From positions 94,550,001 to 94,614,000 of the forward strand of contig NC_042997.1 of NCBI RefSeq assembly GCF_006345805.1: a stretch of DNA of 64,000 nucleotides, written 5' to 3'. Of the stretch, positions 38,790 to 53,164 are shown one piece after another; within the stretch, counting starts at the first letter, position 1, and each line of letters starts with the position of its first letter. Below the pieces are notes generated by a model. It searched no databases. It was not told the origin of the DNA and saw only the letters and a program-made list of their open reading frames with translations. The position numbers and the translations under genes are program-made. Source of the stretch: Octopus sinensis. Taxonomy: Eukaryota.

Positions 38790-39269
38790 TATATATGTTC
38801 TCTTCATCTTAATTTGGAGTAAATTTTGCCTAGCCTCCTACTTGGTAGCAAGGTTTTGAAGGTAAATATCTTGTTTTAACCACCAACCTTTAAATCCTAA
38901 GAAGGTCTTGCAGCATTTTTATAGTCACATGTCGTGAGCATTTGTAGCATATGAATTAAGGATTTGCATTCTTTCCCCAAGTCCGCATGTTCATCTATAC
39001 TTTGCTCCAGATAGGTTTAGTATATATCTTGTTGCTCCAATACTAATTGCGGGTATGAAGCCTAACGTGTATCTTGGGCTCTCGATTTACAAACGCTTTA
39101 TCAATGATCCATAGTTGTCCTATTCCCATTCTATTTTTCTAACCACATTCGTGTCCAAAGGGCAGCTGATTTTCATAACAGAACATATCTTTACCACGTG
39201 GTCCCATAGAACGCTACCTGGCCGGTTTGGTTTCAACTTGATGGCTATTTTAATTTTTAAGTTCCACCA
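38790..39269 (-). pseudogene. R4/Dong-like retrotransposon 3' fragment (restriction-like endonuclease) between (CATA)n tracts
   Basis: WWNLKIKIAIKLKPNRPGSVLWDHVVKICSVMKISCPLDTNVVRKIEWE*DNYGSLIKRL*...FIPAISIGA...CKTFLGF; homologous to 32745-33086. Confidence 0.75.
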
Positions 39270-39599
39270 CTATGTATGTATGTATGTATGTATGCATGTA
39301 TGTATGTAGTATGTATGTATGTATGTATGTATGTATGTATGTATGTATGTATGTATGTATGTTGGTATGTATGCATGTATGCATGCATGTATGTATGTAT
39401 GTATGTATGTATGTGTGTATGCATGTATGTATGTATTTATGTATGTATGTATGTATGTATGCATGTATGTGTGTGTATGTATGTACTAACGGTTTATTTA
39501 CATTAAAATTGCAACGTTCGTAAACCAATTTCTGCTGCCTAGCCAGGGGGGAAATGGAATGGACCATGGCCTTCTCAGACTCTGCAAGAGCGATGTGAT

Positions 39600-40215
39600 G
39601 AATGTAGTTAACCTTCCACTAATAGCATTTCCTTTTTCAAACTGGGTGGGTTTGTTCTAAAGAACCAGCTTTCCTGAGAGGAATGACTGCTTGTAGCAGT
39701 TATTGCTATACCTAGGGAATTAATGTATGTGAAGAAAGACGCAGTAAAATTACAGGCCAGTTCGAGGAGACGATATCATGGAAGAAGCGGTAGCAATCGC
39801 AGAAAGACGAGATCGCGTTTCACCTGAGCTTTGTAAATCTGCAGTAGTTGTAGCGGGCGGCTAAAATATCTTCTATCTCTGGAATTATAGCAAATGTTTT
39901 GAAGCGTATCTGTTATATCTGCGTATCTGTGGAATATATGTTCGACAGCAAAGAGCCAACATATAGATAATGTCTTGCATTTGCTTCATATGGGCGACTG
40001 ATAGCAATACCATAGAAAATTAAGTTACAAACTGGAAACCAATGGTGAAAGTCTACAACGGAGTACACTCCTACAGTTGCATCCTTGGTCAAACTGGTGA
40101 TATTTCACTATCGGATTATGAAGACTACCAGCTGAGATAAGGGGCGAATTCTCCGAATGTTTAATTAACTCGAAGTCATGATACAAAGGCTTGGAGAAGA
40201 CTTTTGACAAAGGTG
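39600..40215 (-). pseudogene. Decayed CR1-group LINE RT fragment
   Basis: RRYFSRPLQLLQIYKAQVKR and CYRFFHDIVSS echo CR1-group C-terminal motifs; internally deleted. Confidence 0.5.
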
Positions 40216-40817
40216 CTGATTAGTCGGAACAATGATGCGAATTTTTCTGATGTAACTATCAATTACTGTTCTGGTTTATAAAGATACTATCAATTATTAC
40301 TCTGGTTTATATTATTAATTTCAATTATGAATCCGGTTTATGCAGTTAAAATTCAAATGATTCCGTTGTTTAGTTAAAATTATTCTGGCTTCTTCAATTG
40401 CCATCAAGAAATTTATGGCTTTTAGCCAGTATCAATTCAAACATTAAGAACTGATTTCCAAATGACTTCTCAATGGATGCCATTATTCGAATTTCTTGTA
40501 ATCTCTTTCAATGATATGTTATAAAGGTTATTCGCTAACTTACACTATAATTAGTAAAATCATCAGAACGGTACTTAACTCCTTGGCAATACGAATTCCA
40601 GATAGTTGCCTAAAGATTCTAGATGTATACTTCATCTAGAATTCTTCATATTTTCAGTCTATCTTTAAAGGGTAATATTAGTAATATGCAAATAATGAAT
40701 CCAAATTGATTTCGTGATTTGTAATAAATATGAAATATTATGGGATTTTTATCACATCTAGAATATTATTTCGAAAATATATTTTTCTCAAAACTGAGTC
40801 GAAAGCAAATCGTATAT

Positions 40818-41172
40818 CTATTTTTTTATTGCCCACAAGGGGCTAAACATAGAGGGGACAAACGAGGACAGACATAAGGATTGAGTCGATTACATCTACT
40901 GCAGTGCGTAACTGGTAATTATTTAATCGATCCCGAAAGGATGAAAGGCAAAGTCGACTTCGGTGGAATTATCATTATTAAGGTGGCGAACTGGCACACT
41001 CGTTAGCACGCCAGGCTAAATGTTTTGAAATATTTAACCCGTCGCTACGTTGTTATATCAAATCCCGCCGAGGTCGACTTTGTCTTTCAAAAACAAAGTA
41101 TCAGTGAAACATGGCTTGATGTACGTCACATCCCTTCCCTAAAATGACAGCCGCTGTGGAAAAATTTGAATC
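40818..41172. mobile_element. Two adjacent SINE B copies in opposite orientation (minus 40818-40970, plus 40981-41172)
   Basis: Both match the 32032 copy. Confidence 0.85.
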
Positions 41173-41811
41173 CATTGTTGTTGTTGTTGTTATTGTTGTT
41201 ATTATTATTATTATTATTATATTATTATTATTATTTATTATTATTATTATTATATTATTATTATTATTAATTACAAGAAAAGCAACGAAACCGAAAAAAA
41301 TCACTACGCATTCTCAAAGCACAGTAATCTCTGCTTTGAAATGTAAAGAGGACATGATATAAAATTAGGAGTATTAAATAATTTATTATAATACTAAAGA
41401 GGGGACATGTTACACAATCACAAACACACATGCACATAGTCACACTCCCTCTCAGAGATGTTCAAATATAAATATTTGATTTCTATAATATCAACGTACT
41501 ATCTGCCAACACACACATACTCTCACACGCATTCTTTTTATGTATATATATATGATGTATACGTATTATATGTGTTTGTGTAAGCTATATCTGCCTATCT
41601 ATATCTCCCTCTCTTTCTCTCTCCACACACACATCTTTATATAATCAAGTATATGATGTTGTATATATAAATGCAAAATGCTGTATGTATTTCATTTCTG
41701 ATTCATATAACTTTTACTTTATTAGTTGCATATTCAACGTATAGCTGTATTTCGAAACAAAATATTTTTATCTCATTTTGTTTGTTTGGTTTTGCAACAG
41801 GCAATGTTCTA

Positions 41812-43065
41812 TTAGATCGTCAAGTATGAAATTTGTGATAAAGTATATAGTAAAGTGTGGTAGCTGCTCATTTTGCACCATTATTATACTTTGACAAGCT
41901 TTATTTTTTGTTAGAAAGCTGACACATCTATTTCTTTATTCTAACTCATTTTGCGTTTCATAAAGTATTAATAAATCTTTTTTGCTATTTTTCTTTAGAG
42001 ATGGATTAGTCAGAAATTCGTAGTTTTGAAAAATGAGTTCCTTCTGGGAAATACAGCATCACAGACACCTCAGAATATTAATGGAGTATTTCATTCTTAC
42101 GTTATTACACAGCAGACAGTATCAAATTTGTTTACTAAATTTCGTTCTTGTAACTTTGACCTCACAAATGAGCAACGCGGTCGACCTGAAACAAAGGTGG
42201 TTAATGATGAACTGAAAGCACCTGTCGAGTCAGATCCATCTCAAAGTGCCCATGAATTATCGTTGTTGTTTGATGATAGCTAGCAAACAATATTGACTCA
42301 TCTAGTTCAAACTGGTAAGGTGAAAAAGTTGGATAAGTGGGTTCCTCATGAACTCAATAAATATCAGAAACAGCAAAGTTTGGAAGCCTGTATTATGCTA
42401 CTGTCTCATCACAAAAATGAATTATTTTTTAATCGAATTGTAACATGAGATGAGAAATGGATCCAATACAACAGCCGTAAACGTTCAGCACAATGGCTGG
42501 ACAAAGACGAGCCACCAAAACACAGTCGAAAAAGCAAAATTCATCAAAAGAAGATTATGGTTTTTTGGTGGTCTGGCGCTGGTGTGATCGTTATTATTTA
42601 ATTAAACCTGGATCATCAATCACAGCGGAAGTATACTGCATTCACCTCAACCAGATGATACAGAAACTTACTAAAACAGCATAGATTATTCAACAGATTC
42701 ACTCCTATTTTATTGCGAGACAACGCCAGACCACACACCGCAAAAATGACACTGGTGAAACTACAGGAGTTGGAGTTGGAAGTTCTCCATCATCCACCAT
42801 ACTCACCTGATCTTTCCCTCACCGATTACCATTTCTTCCAGAATTTGGATAAATTTTGATAGAAAAAACGATGCTGTAAAACAGGCATTCGAAGATTTTA
42901 TTGGCTCTAGATTGCCAGGCTTTGCAATTCCGGGTTGGACAAGCTACCGCTAAAATGGCAAAAGTGTATTGACAATATGGGTGCATACTTTGATGAATAA
43001 AGATATTCCTTTTATTTATAAAACAGTAAACTTTTCTTTTTCTACAAATTTCATACTTGACCTAA
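41812..43065 (+). mobile_element. Full-length mariner element (about 1.25 kb) with TIRs and TA target sites
   Basis: Left end TA|TTAG(ATC)GTCAAGTATGAAATTTGT; right end ACAAATTTCATACTTGACCTAA|TA. Confidence 0.93.
42001..43000 (+). pseudogene. mariner D,D34D transposase pseudogene
   Basis: GRP, WVPHEL, IVT*DEKWI, DNARPH and HPPYSPDLSLTDYHFF motifs, with several stops and frameshifts. Confidence 0.93.
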
Positions 43066-44956
43066 TATTAAGAACAGTACCAAGACGGATATATAACTTT
43101 ATTTTTCTAGTGAACATTTGAGAGACTTTTCACTACAGAATACAGTAATGACTGCATATGTGACTTAATACATCCATCATATCAGATTAATTACCAATTG
43201 TGTCCATTAGCTAAGCCTGCAAACGTAAACACTGATTTCTTTCTAGGGAGACAAAAGAAGCGACGTATAAAGTGGTCATCCGACCTATTGCCAAAAGCAC
43301 CAACTGTCCACCAAACAGCATACTACAGTCTTAAAATATTCAGGCACATTAGATCATTTCAATCAATATTAATATTTCGACAGTTGAAACTGGTATTATT
43401 GATATGTCGTTAACAATTAGTCAGATGAACAGCGAAAGGAATGACAAAGATGAGCTTTGCCTCATCGCCCACTACTCTATTATACTTTATGTATTCACTG
43501 TTTTTCAATCAATATTTCCTCTCTGTTTCAACTACCTGGTCTCTTAACAAACAATTTCCCTATTCACTTGAAAATACCTTCCTCTCTAGTTACTCAACTG
43601 AATACAATGGATCTCTGTCAATGATGAGCATTCAGTTATTCAATCAACGGAACTAATCGGTTCATTGAAATACAGTGTTAAATGATTACACATTTCACAG
43701 ACACGTTGGCATGGGAGGTAATCCTTTGGTGGAATCAGCCTGAGATTCACAAGTCTGGGCCTTTCATTTACGGTTACGATTCAACAGCTACCAATGTGTT
43801 TGCAAGTGTTCAGTTTTAGTTAAAATTTACATTGAATCCAATAACATAGCAAAAGGCACTTGTTAAAGTTGTCAAGCAATTCGATCGAACTGTCATATCA
43901 TGGTTGTAAAACAGACTCCTTAACTTCTCGTTCAGAGAAAATAGAACTCATTAAATCACATAAAAATATTCCTGTTTTCATGAAATATTCATATAATGCG
44001 TAACCTTATATATATATCCGCTTGTCAGATAAGTTACTATCTAAAAACATACAACACCACATATATCCAGGTTTGACCTATAAAGCAACGACTAGAATTA
44101 TCTGAAAACCAATACCTCAGTACATATCGTAGATATTGTAACGGTAGTGCATCTAAACATAACGTCTGTATGTAAATGTGTTCTTTGTCTCCGTATTTTG
44201 ACATGCTAAACATATGCTGGCGGCCTCATGGATTATAGTTTGATGCATTAGATATTATTTCTTAATGAAACATAAAGAGTTGAATTCAAAAAATCCGGAT
44301 GTTTCTCATTACCACGATTTCGGACACTGAATTTCTACTCGAGGAAAACATATATATTGGAACACATTTAAACTACGCAAGTAGAAATATAAACGCACAT
44401 GCAAAGGATTTAGACGTTTAGTAAAGATAGGAGCAAACGAATAGGACATAAATAGTATTTATGACATCAAATCAGGCAAGCGAGAAAGAAAATTAATGAT
44501 ATAGGCTTTGCAGATCAGAGAAACATCGAATTTCCCTAAGAGACAGTGTATACGAAAATGTAATTATACATCGGATCTAATCGTATGGTACAACAGTATG
44601 GCCTTTGGCGGCATTTGCCATTTCGTGTAAGTAATATAGATTCAATGACACAAAAACCCACACCAAAGGAATAATTGCAAATACTTCTAGTCTTTGAAGT
44701 TAAAATTGCATTTACAACAATCCAAAAAGAAATGGGAATAGAGTGAACAAATAATTTACTTTTATTTTTGTCTAGAGGCGACATGTAAATGAGCTTTTTA
44801 TGCATTTAGCGAAGTTTACATTCATAAATGCTAGCGTCTATATTTTCAGTCTAAGGATGGAAATATGGTAGCGATAATATTACTTTGACTCTCTTTAATC
44901 ATTAAATTAAATTCTAAAATATAAAATAACTGTGCAAGAAATTATTTTTGTAGCAT

Positions 44957-44999
<43 letters not shown>

Positions 45000-47070
45000 A
45001 ACCCCTTCTTTCTATAAAAATATAGATAACATTCATATATTGTTTGTGTGAATATAAATACTTTAAAAAATAACCATACCGAAAGGCGTGTGGTATATTT
45101 TAATTATATTTGGTTTTCTCACAATTCAGCTTTAATGTTCATATAGTCTATTATCTCAGAAAAGTTATTAACTGATAAACTGTGTAAAACTGTAAGGTGC
45201 TAACGTGACATATTATCGCGCAAATGAAATCGTAGCTAATATGACGTAATGTTATTTAAAAAAATAATAAATGACGTAGTAGTTTTTGCGTAAATTCAAA
45301 AATAACATATATTTATGAGGCGAATCATTTGGAGAAGAAATTAAAATTCGAAGATTGATAATTAACCTTTGTATTTAGACATAACATCTCACATATTAAC
45401 ATAACTTCTTGTGATAGTTATTGAAGCAGCATTAAGGCAGATGTCAGTTACATAAATCGCCGTTACATTAGGGTACAAGGACCCAATAATAATCTTATTG
45501 ATTACTAACATCAGATTCAAGTATTATTAGGATTACAAACGGGTCGTTAGCTTCGTTCGAAACATTGGTCTTAGAAGGAATCAGTGTAACAAATTTACGC
45601 GGTTGATATTCATTTTGCGCAGTAGTGCATAATACAATGTGCATAGCGTGACAATGAATGTGAAGTTTCTGGCATATTTCAGAGCGATTACTTGGAAATG
45701 GCTACTACAGTAAACCTGAGTTGCTATTATCGCAAAATGTATGTAAATCAATTGTGTAAGCTGACTGTCATATTTGATATATTATGCTATATACAGCTAT
45801 TAAATAAGAATGCAAATACAAAACTGAAAGTACTTTAAAATACTTTAAGCACAAAATATATAACTTCTACTTTCAAGTGCATTGATTTTTTGCTTATTCG
45901 TTAATACGTAAAATGACTTTATATGCAACTATCGAATGGTTCAAAAGAAACAGGTTATTGATAATTAGAAGACGCGTGTTGATTTTTATAAGAAGCGAAG
46001 AAAATCTTGTGAATTTCAGATATGTTCAAAGGAAATTTGAAGTTATTATTGCTATAGAAAATCGTAATATTAAAACAAAAAAAGTTTTACATGGAAACAG
46101 TCCACTCTGATGTAATATAACGAATGAATTCTATTTTCTTTATTCAGAATTAGTGATCGTCCTATGTAATAGTTATCCCAATTAATAGATTAAAGGTCTG
46201 TATACACGGCATATATCGCAATATAGAAATTAAATTTGCCATGGTAACATGCATGGATTCGATTGTATATTTAGAAGAAATACATTAAACTATCTGTCAC
46301 ATAATTCAAACTTTTGAAGGGAATGTTTTAGACTACAAGACAAATGAGGATTAGTTTTGCATGAAATATCTTGTCAAATTATGTTTTTTGTGCACCGTAA
46401 TGTATAGAGTGTAATATTTGAAAAATTAGAATCATAGGTTGCCATAAAAATGATATTAGCTAATATCTGTTATTTACAAAATGTAACGTTACCTTGAATT
46501 ATATGAGTAGTTGGACGAGTTATCCGAATGACGATTTGTTTACACTACTATTTATAGTAAAGCGTTTTTTTCTTTTTTTCTTTTTTTCTTTTTTGGGGCT
46601 AGGGTGGCAAAAATGGGTAAGAACTATGGCCATAACAAGAGAAAAGTGTGGCACTCAAATTCAATTGCATTTTCAATACACTTTTTAAGAATTGTAGTTT
46701 ACAAAAAATCGACAAAGAATTTCGAATAACAGTCGTGAGGTGAAACATAATAGAGATAATGAGAAAAGGAAAGGAGCGGTTGGTTTGGGTGGCTATAAGC
46801 GGTGATATAGCGATAACTAGTATTAAAGAACCCAAACACTTTCGAAGGTGCCGTAGATCTAAGATAGCAACGAAAAAATGAAGAAGAAAGAGAAATAGAC
46901 AGAGAGGGAGGAAAAAAGAGACACGGAGAGAGAGATATAAATAGATAGACAGATAGAGAGGGAAATAGAGAGAGAGAGAGAAGGCGACAAAGAGATACAG
47001 GCAGATAGAAAAAGAGGATAAATATCAAAAGGATAAAGAGAGTTCTGTTGCAATGTTTGGAAGTCGGGTG

Positions 47071-47275
47071 CAGCGAGCTGGCAGAATCGTTAGCACTCGG
47101 GGAAAAATGCTTACCGGCGCTTCGTCCGTCTTTACGTTCTAAGTGCAAATTTCATCCTTCCTTTTCATCCTTCTGGGTCGGTAAATTAAATGTCAGCAGT
47201 TACAACATTGAGATCGATGTAACCGACTTAGCCCTTCCTCCAAAATTGCCGGCCTAGTGTCAAAATTTGAAATTA
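47071..47275 (+). mobile_element. SINE family B
   Basis: GCGAGCTGGCAGAATCGTTAGCAC...TTTCATCCTTCTGGGTCGGTAAATTAA. Confidence 0.85.
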
Positions 47276-47740
47276 ATATTTGGGAGACGAGGGAGTGTCA
47301 CATATGCCATATAGAATCAAATTTAAATTCTATTTTTCACTTTGTTTGGCTTCCTAGATTAAGAAGTGTGGATAAAACTGCTTACTCAGTGCGCGAGCCC
47401 ATTATTTTCTGGGAATGCTAAAGCAGAATTTTCTTGCCGAAATACTGTAGAAAATGTATATTATCATATACTGGTATAACTGTAAATTCAATACGTATGC
47501 TCTACAGGTACACATACACAAACAAAGACACACAAAAGTGCACACGTGTATATATAAATGGATGAATGAATTATCCTTTGTTTACCGTTAACGTGGAAAA
47601 TTCAATATACAGTTACCATGGTAGCAAAATTCACGCAAGTAAGAAGGATGTAGCGACCTATTTAAAGGTAGACACTCCGGGTTAATGTGCAGTATAGTAT
47701 AAGTAAATAAATGAAGTTGAACGCAGATCTTATTCACATG

Positions 47741-47785
<45 letters not shown>

Positions 47786-48196
47786 TCACACATTTACACT
47801 CTTATATAAAGGTATATACATACAGTAAATTAATCTGATATAGTTTGTACGACAGAAACATCCCGTCATCAATTTTTAGCTGGAGAATAAAACGGATTCG
47901 GCTACTTTGGGCATTAGAACAAACGCCTACGGTTTTGACATGCAGTGTTATTAACAAACAATAAGTTCTTTTGAGCCATAGATTAACACAAATTTTCCCT
48001 CTCATTAAACGATGCAACTAACAATTAAAACTGGGTAGAGCTGTAAACACTCTAAATATGATAAGCAAATATTCTCTTTTTATTATCCACTTAAGACATG
48101 TTTTTCTCTCCCAAATCACACATAAACACACACACGCGCACACACACACACACACGCACCCACACACACACACGCACCCCCCCACACACACACTAT

Positions 48197-48423
48197 ATTC
48201 TCTTTTAGCTCTTTTACTTGTTTCAGTCAGCTGACTGCGGCCATGCTGGAGCACCGCCTTTAATCGAGCAACTCGATCCCGGGACTTATTCTTTGTAAGG
48301 CCAGTACTTATTCTATCGGTCTCTTTTGCCGAACCGCTAAGTGACGGGGACATAAACACACCAGCATCTGTTGTCAAGCAATGCTAGTGGGACAAACACA
48401 AACACACAAACATACACGCTCAC

Positions 48424-48455
<32 letters not shown>

Positions 48456-48610
48456 CATATATACGACGGGCTTCTTTCAGTTTCCGTCTACCAAATCCAC
48501 TCACAAGGCTTTGGTTGGCCCAAGGCTATAGTAGAAGACACTTGCCCAAGGTGCCACGCAGTGGGACTGAACCCGGAACCATGTGATTGGTTAGCAAGCT
48601 ACTTACTACA
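48197..48610 (-). mobile_element. SINE family A, near full length with internal (TA)n
   Basis: tRNA-like head, CACCTTGGGCAAGTGTCTT block, internal microsatellite, CR1-like tail. Confidence 0.92.
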
Positions 48611-48655
48611 TTAGAGAGAGACGTAAGTATATGTATTTATGCTTATATATATCTA

Positions 48656-48770
<115 letters not shown>

Positions 48771-48787
48771 ATCTATCTATATATCTA

Positions 48788-48832
<45 letters not shown>

Positions 48833-49490
48833 ATATATATAAATAATATATACATATATATACACACACACACACACACATATATCTTTAATCATTTGAA
48901 CCAAAAGGAAGGCGAATATACACACAAATAAAATGTTTTTAAACAACAAATAATGCAGGACAAAACGGGATTAGTTTACCAGCTGAGTGATAGGAAGCGT
49001 GCAGCTCTAAGGTCACTTTCAATTATAATGTTTTAAAAGAAACATTTTAATTTTACTTCTTAAGTTCTGTAAATCATTGTCTCTCAGTGAATCAAAGGAG
49101 CCTTGAACGCACACACACACACACACTCACACACGAACGAATATAAGAACGTATATATACACACAAACTCACACATGCATATATAAAAATATGTATGCAT
49201 ATGTATGTTTGTGTGTGTATACTTAAATATTTCTACACACATATATACACACAGTTCACATACACACATACACATATAAATTATATTTGTGTGTCTGTTT
49301 TCCTCTTTATATGTAACGTAGTACAGAACATATTTAAGAACTGGATTATATTTTAATATGGTATACGGAATTGTATGTATGTAAGTATGTATGTATGTAT
49401 GTAGGTGCACATATATATATATATATATATATATGCATATATACATACGTATACGTACATAAATGTATACGTATATACATATGCATATGT

Positions 49491-49912
49491 AGGCACAGGA
49501 CGTCCGAAAACGTAAACAACACAAAATACGAACACATGGAATATGAACTTTGTTTGCGAGCCACGAAAAAACAAATGGAAAACAGGACAAACAACACAAA
49601 GAACAACCATTCATCAGTTGTTGGCTGTTTTCTAATCCGTATTTCGAGCATTTCACGACAAAATACGTTTTCGATAAAACGTCGGCTCCCGCAAAGCAAA
49701 TTAAATAAAATTCGTGATGTTGCGGATGGTTAAAATTGGTGACAAAAACAGGACAGACAAAACAAACAGGAAAGGCTGCTAAACCTAAATGAGATTGAGT
49801 GGCAAACGCGAAGTAACAAGCTTGGACAGGAGACAGACAAGAATGCGTCTTCGTTGTCCAGCTGCAACAGGAGGAAAGAAACATAAGTTAAGAGACGAAA
49901 AATGGCCGATGG

Positions 49913-49916
<4 letters not shown>
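49491..49916. mobile_element. (TA)-flanked interspersed repeat of about 425 bp, homologous to 22145-22554
   Basis: See 22145. Confidence 0.8.
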
Positions 49917-49961
<45 letters not shown>

Positions 49962-50132
49962 AACACACAGACGCACATATATATATATATAGATATGCAT
50001 CATTATGTTTACATACATGCATATATATAGTTATATATACATATAGGAGTGTGTGTGTATGTATGTATGTATGTATGTATGTATGTATGTATGTATGTAT
50101 GTACGTATGTATGTATGTATGTATGTAAGTAT

Positions 50133-50288
50133 GTATTAATAGTTATCGCCAGTCTAACATGGCAGTCCAGAAAAATACGAGGAATACTGCTGTTGATTAT
50201 CTCCAAGAGGCGATCGCTGCTTAATTAACGACAATATTCGTCCTATTTTTCTGGACTGCCACGTTAGCTTGGCTATAACTATTAATAC
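50133..50288. repeat. Short foldback/MITE-like hairpin
   Basis: GTATTAATAGTTAT.GCCA..CTAAC.TGGCAGTCCAGAAAAATA pairs with TATTTTTCTGGACTGCCA.GTTAG..TGGC.ATAACTATTAATAC. Confidence 0.88.
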
Positions 50289-50521
50289 CCAGTTCTGCTG
50301 CCGTAGAGAGATTTAGAAATAATAATATTTCTATATGTATATATATATACATCACTAAATGCAAGTGCCAGTACATATGTATATAATTATGTGCTTCAAT
50401 TACAGCTTTTTAGCTCTTATTTGTAGCAATGTAGGTGTTGTGACACCTTAATCATATTTAATGATAGAGTTTTTTTGTGGGGTAACACATTGCATGCGGC
50501 TGCCTATTTTAATTTATATTA

Positions 50522-50672
50522 AGAGTGGCTGTGTAGTAAGTAGCTTGCTTACCAACCACATGGTCCGAGGATCAGTCCCACTTCGTGGCACCTTGGGCAA
50601 GTGTCTTCTACTATCGATTCGGAACGACTAAAGCCTTGTGAGTCGATTTGGTAGACTGAAAGAAGCCCGTCG

Positions 50673-50717
<45 letters not shown>

Positions 50718-50981
50718 GTATGTGGGTATGTATGAGTGTGTGTGTGTGTGTGCGTGTGTGTGTGTGTTTGTGTGTGTGTATACGCTTGTGTGTCTGTGTT
50801 TGTCCCCTAACATCGCTCGACAACCAATGCTGATGTGTTACGCCACCGTAACTTAGCAAAAGAGACTGATAGAATAAGTACTAGGCTTGCGAAGAATATG
50901 TCCTGGTGTCGATTTGCTCGACTAAAGGCGGTGCTCTAGCATGGCCACAGTCAAATGACTGTAACAAGTAAAAGAGTAAAA
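50522..50981 (+). mobile_element. SINE family A, near full length
   Basis: As for 48197; internal (TA)n(TG)n. Confidence 0.92.
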
Positions 50982-51074
50982 TAACGTATATATATATATA
51001 TGTTTATGAGCGACTGGACAAACGAAAGAAAGAGCATGCAACATATTTATTGGGAGATGCATATGTTGCTCAAT

Positions 51075-51206
51075 TGTTTGATTGGTATCCCGTGCCACTT
51101 CAAGTATCGAAGCCACTAACGGAATTCTCTTCGGATTCTGACCGACCCGAGGAGAGATTCCGTTGGGGATTTTGAAACTTGAAGTAGCCTAGAATCCGAA
51201 TCAAAT
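51075..51206. repeat. Imperfect hairpin of about 130 nt
   Basis: CTTCAAGT...AACGGAAT.CTC.TCGG pairs with CCGAGGAGAGATTCCGTT...ACTTGAAG. Confidence 0.75.
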
Positions 51207-52084
51207 TGTTTGGAACAATATATATATATGTAGATGCAAGAATGTGTATGGCATGTGTGTGTGTGTATATTCAATTTTACATTAATCTCATGGGTTGCTC
51301 TGTGCTGTTGACAAATGGTGTTGACGGTAACTCGATGTTTCGGCCATCTGAGTCATCAGCGAACGTCCAAACTGCCACCCAATAACAACAACAACAACAA
51401 CAACAACAACAATAATAATAATAATAATGATGAATATATATATATATATATATTCATACGCTAATTAGGATTATATAGTATTATCAGTATTTATACTAAT
51501 GGTTCTTGGAATTTCGGGTACATAATCACATTAAACAACTAAACAACACGCTAAATTTAATTAGTGTACAACCTGATAGCCATTTACTTCGCTGGAGTGC
51601 TTACTGAGTGATACGTTATATTCATTCGATTCATTAGTATACGCATAAAACACACAAATCTCACTCTCCTCTTTCCCCCCTCTCTCTCTTTATCTATCTA
51701 TATAACTATATCTGATTATATTGTATTAATTTTCTACATGTAAACACATATCGATCTATCTATTTATGCACTTCTCACTGTCTCTCACTCTTTCTTTATA
51801 TGTGTCTTTGTATAGGTATTATGAGCGTGTATGTGAATACGTGTACAAGTGAGACATTATGTCTGCCTCTTCGTAAATATCCCTATGTCACATTTCATTC
51901 AGACATGTGGCTCACGAAATAGAATTTGCTAGCCATAAAATATTTCTCCTTATTGATTTTCCGATACTCAATAACATGAAAATGGCCAGGTTCTCAGCTA
52001 TTAGCGATAATATCTTTATATCAGTCGTCATCTCTAATTGCTCCCTCACCCATATACATACACCCACCACGCACAAACACACAC

Positions 52085-52133
<49 letters not shown>

Positions 52134-52210
52134 ATATATGTAGTATGTGTATTTATATAAACACAATATACATACATAAGTCCATATATGTGTGTGTCAA
52201 TATGTGTATA

Positions 52211-52269
<59 letters not shown>

Positions 52270-52567
52270 GTATATATATATTGTATGTGTAAAGATACAG
52301 TTTTAGAAAAGAAACGTTGGTTTCATAGCTAGCGTGAACTAGACATATCTTGAAATTCTCTAAACGATAACTGTTCTCTGTATATAGACATAAATATGAC
52401 TATATATGTAATACAAGTATCTGTTTTGAATGTGCATTTAGCTCAAATAATATAGCACATTAATGTATAGTATATAAATATATATAAATGTATATGTATG
52501 CATGAACACACATATATGTATGTATATATATATATATTATATATATACATATACATACATAGGTACG

Positions 52568-52613
<46 letters not shown>

Positions 52614-52772
52614 GGGAAGAAAGACAGAGAAAGAGAGAAAATGAGGTTAGACTTATTTATGCTATAATTGATAGGCTTAAGTACTACTCTTAAATATATA
52701 GTTATCGATGTTATCTTGTCATTGTAAAATTGCATTATACACACAAACGCATGAATTTAGTTATATATTCAA

Positions 52773-52841
<69 letters not shown>

Positions 52842-53126
52842 CACATACAAAATATATTATATGTATCAATATATTATATGTATCAATTTGAATAATTTTC
52901 ATACCACTTTATAGAACCGCTAGAATATGGGGCAAAATGAATTCTCTCTATATAAACAGACTCCTGATGCCGATAATAATTAATACGCTATTAAATTATG
53001 TACTTGTGTCCTTGCAATCTAGAATACTGAGAAAGACATTGCACTACTATTCATTATATATATATATTTATATATATACATAGATATATGTACATATATA
53101 TATATATATATACATATATGTATGTT

Positions 53127-53157
<31 letters not shown>

Positions 53158-53164
53158 TTATGTA

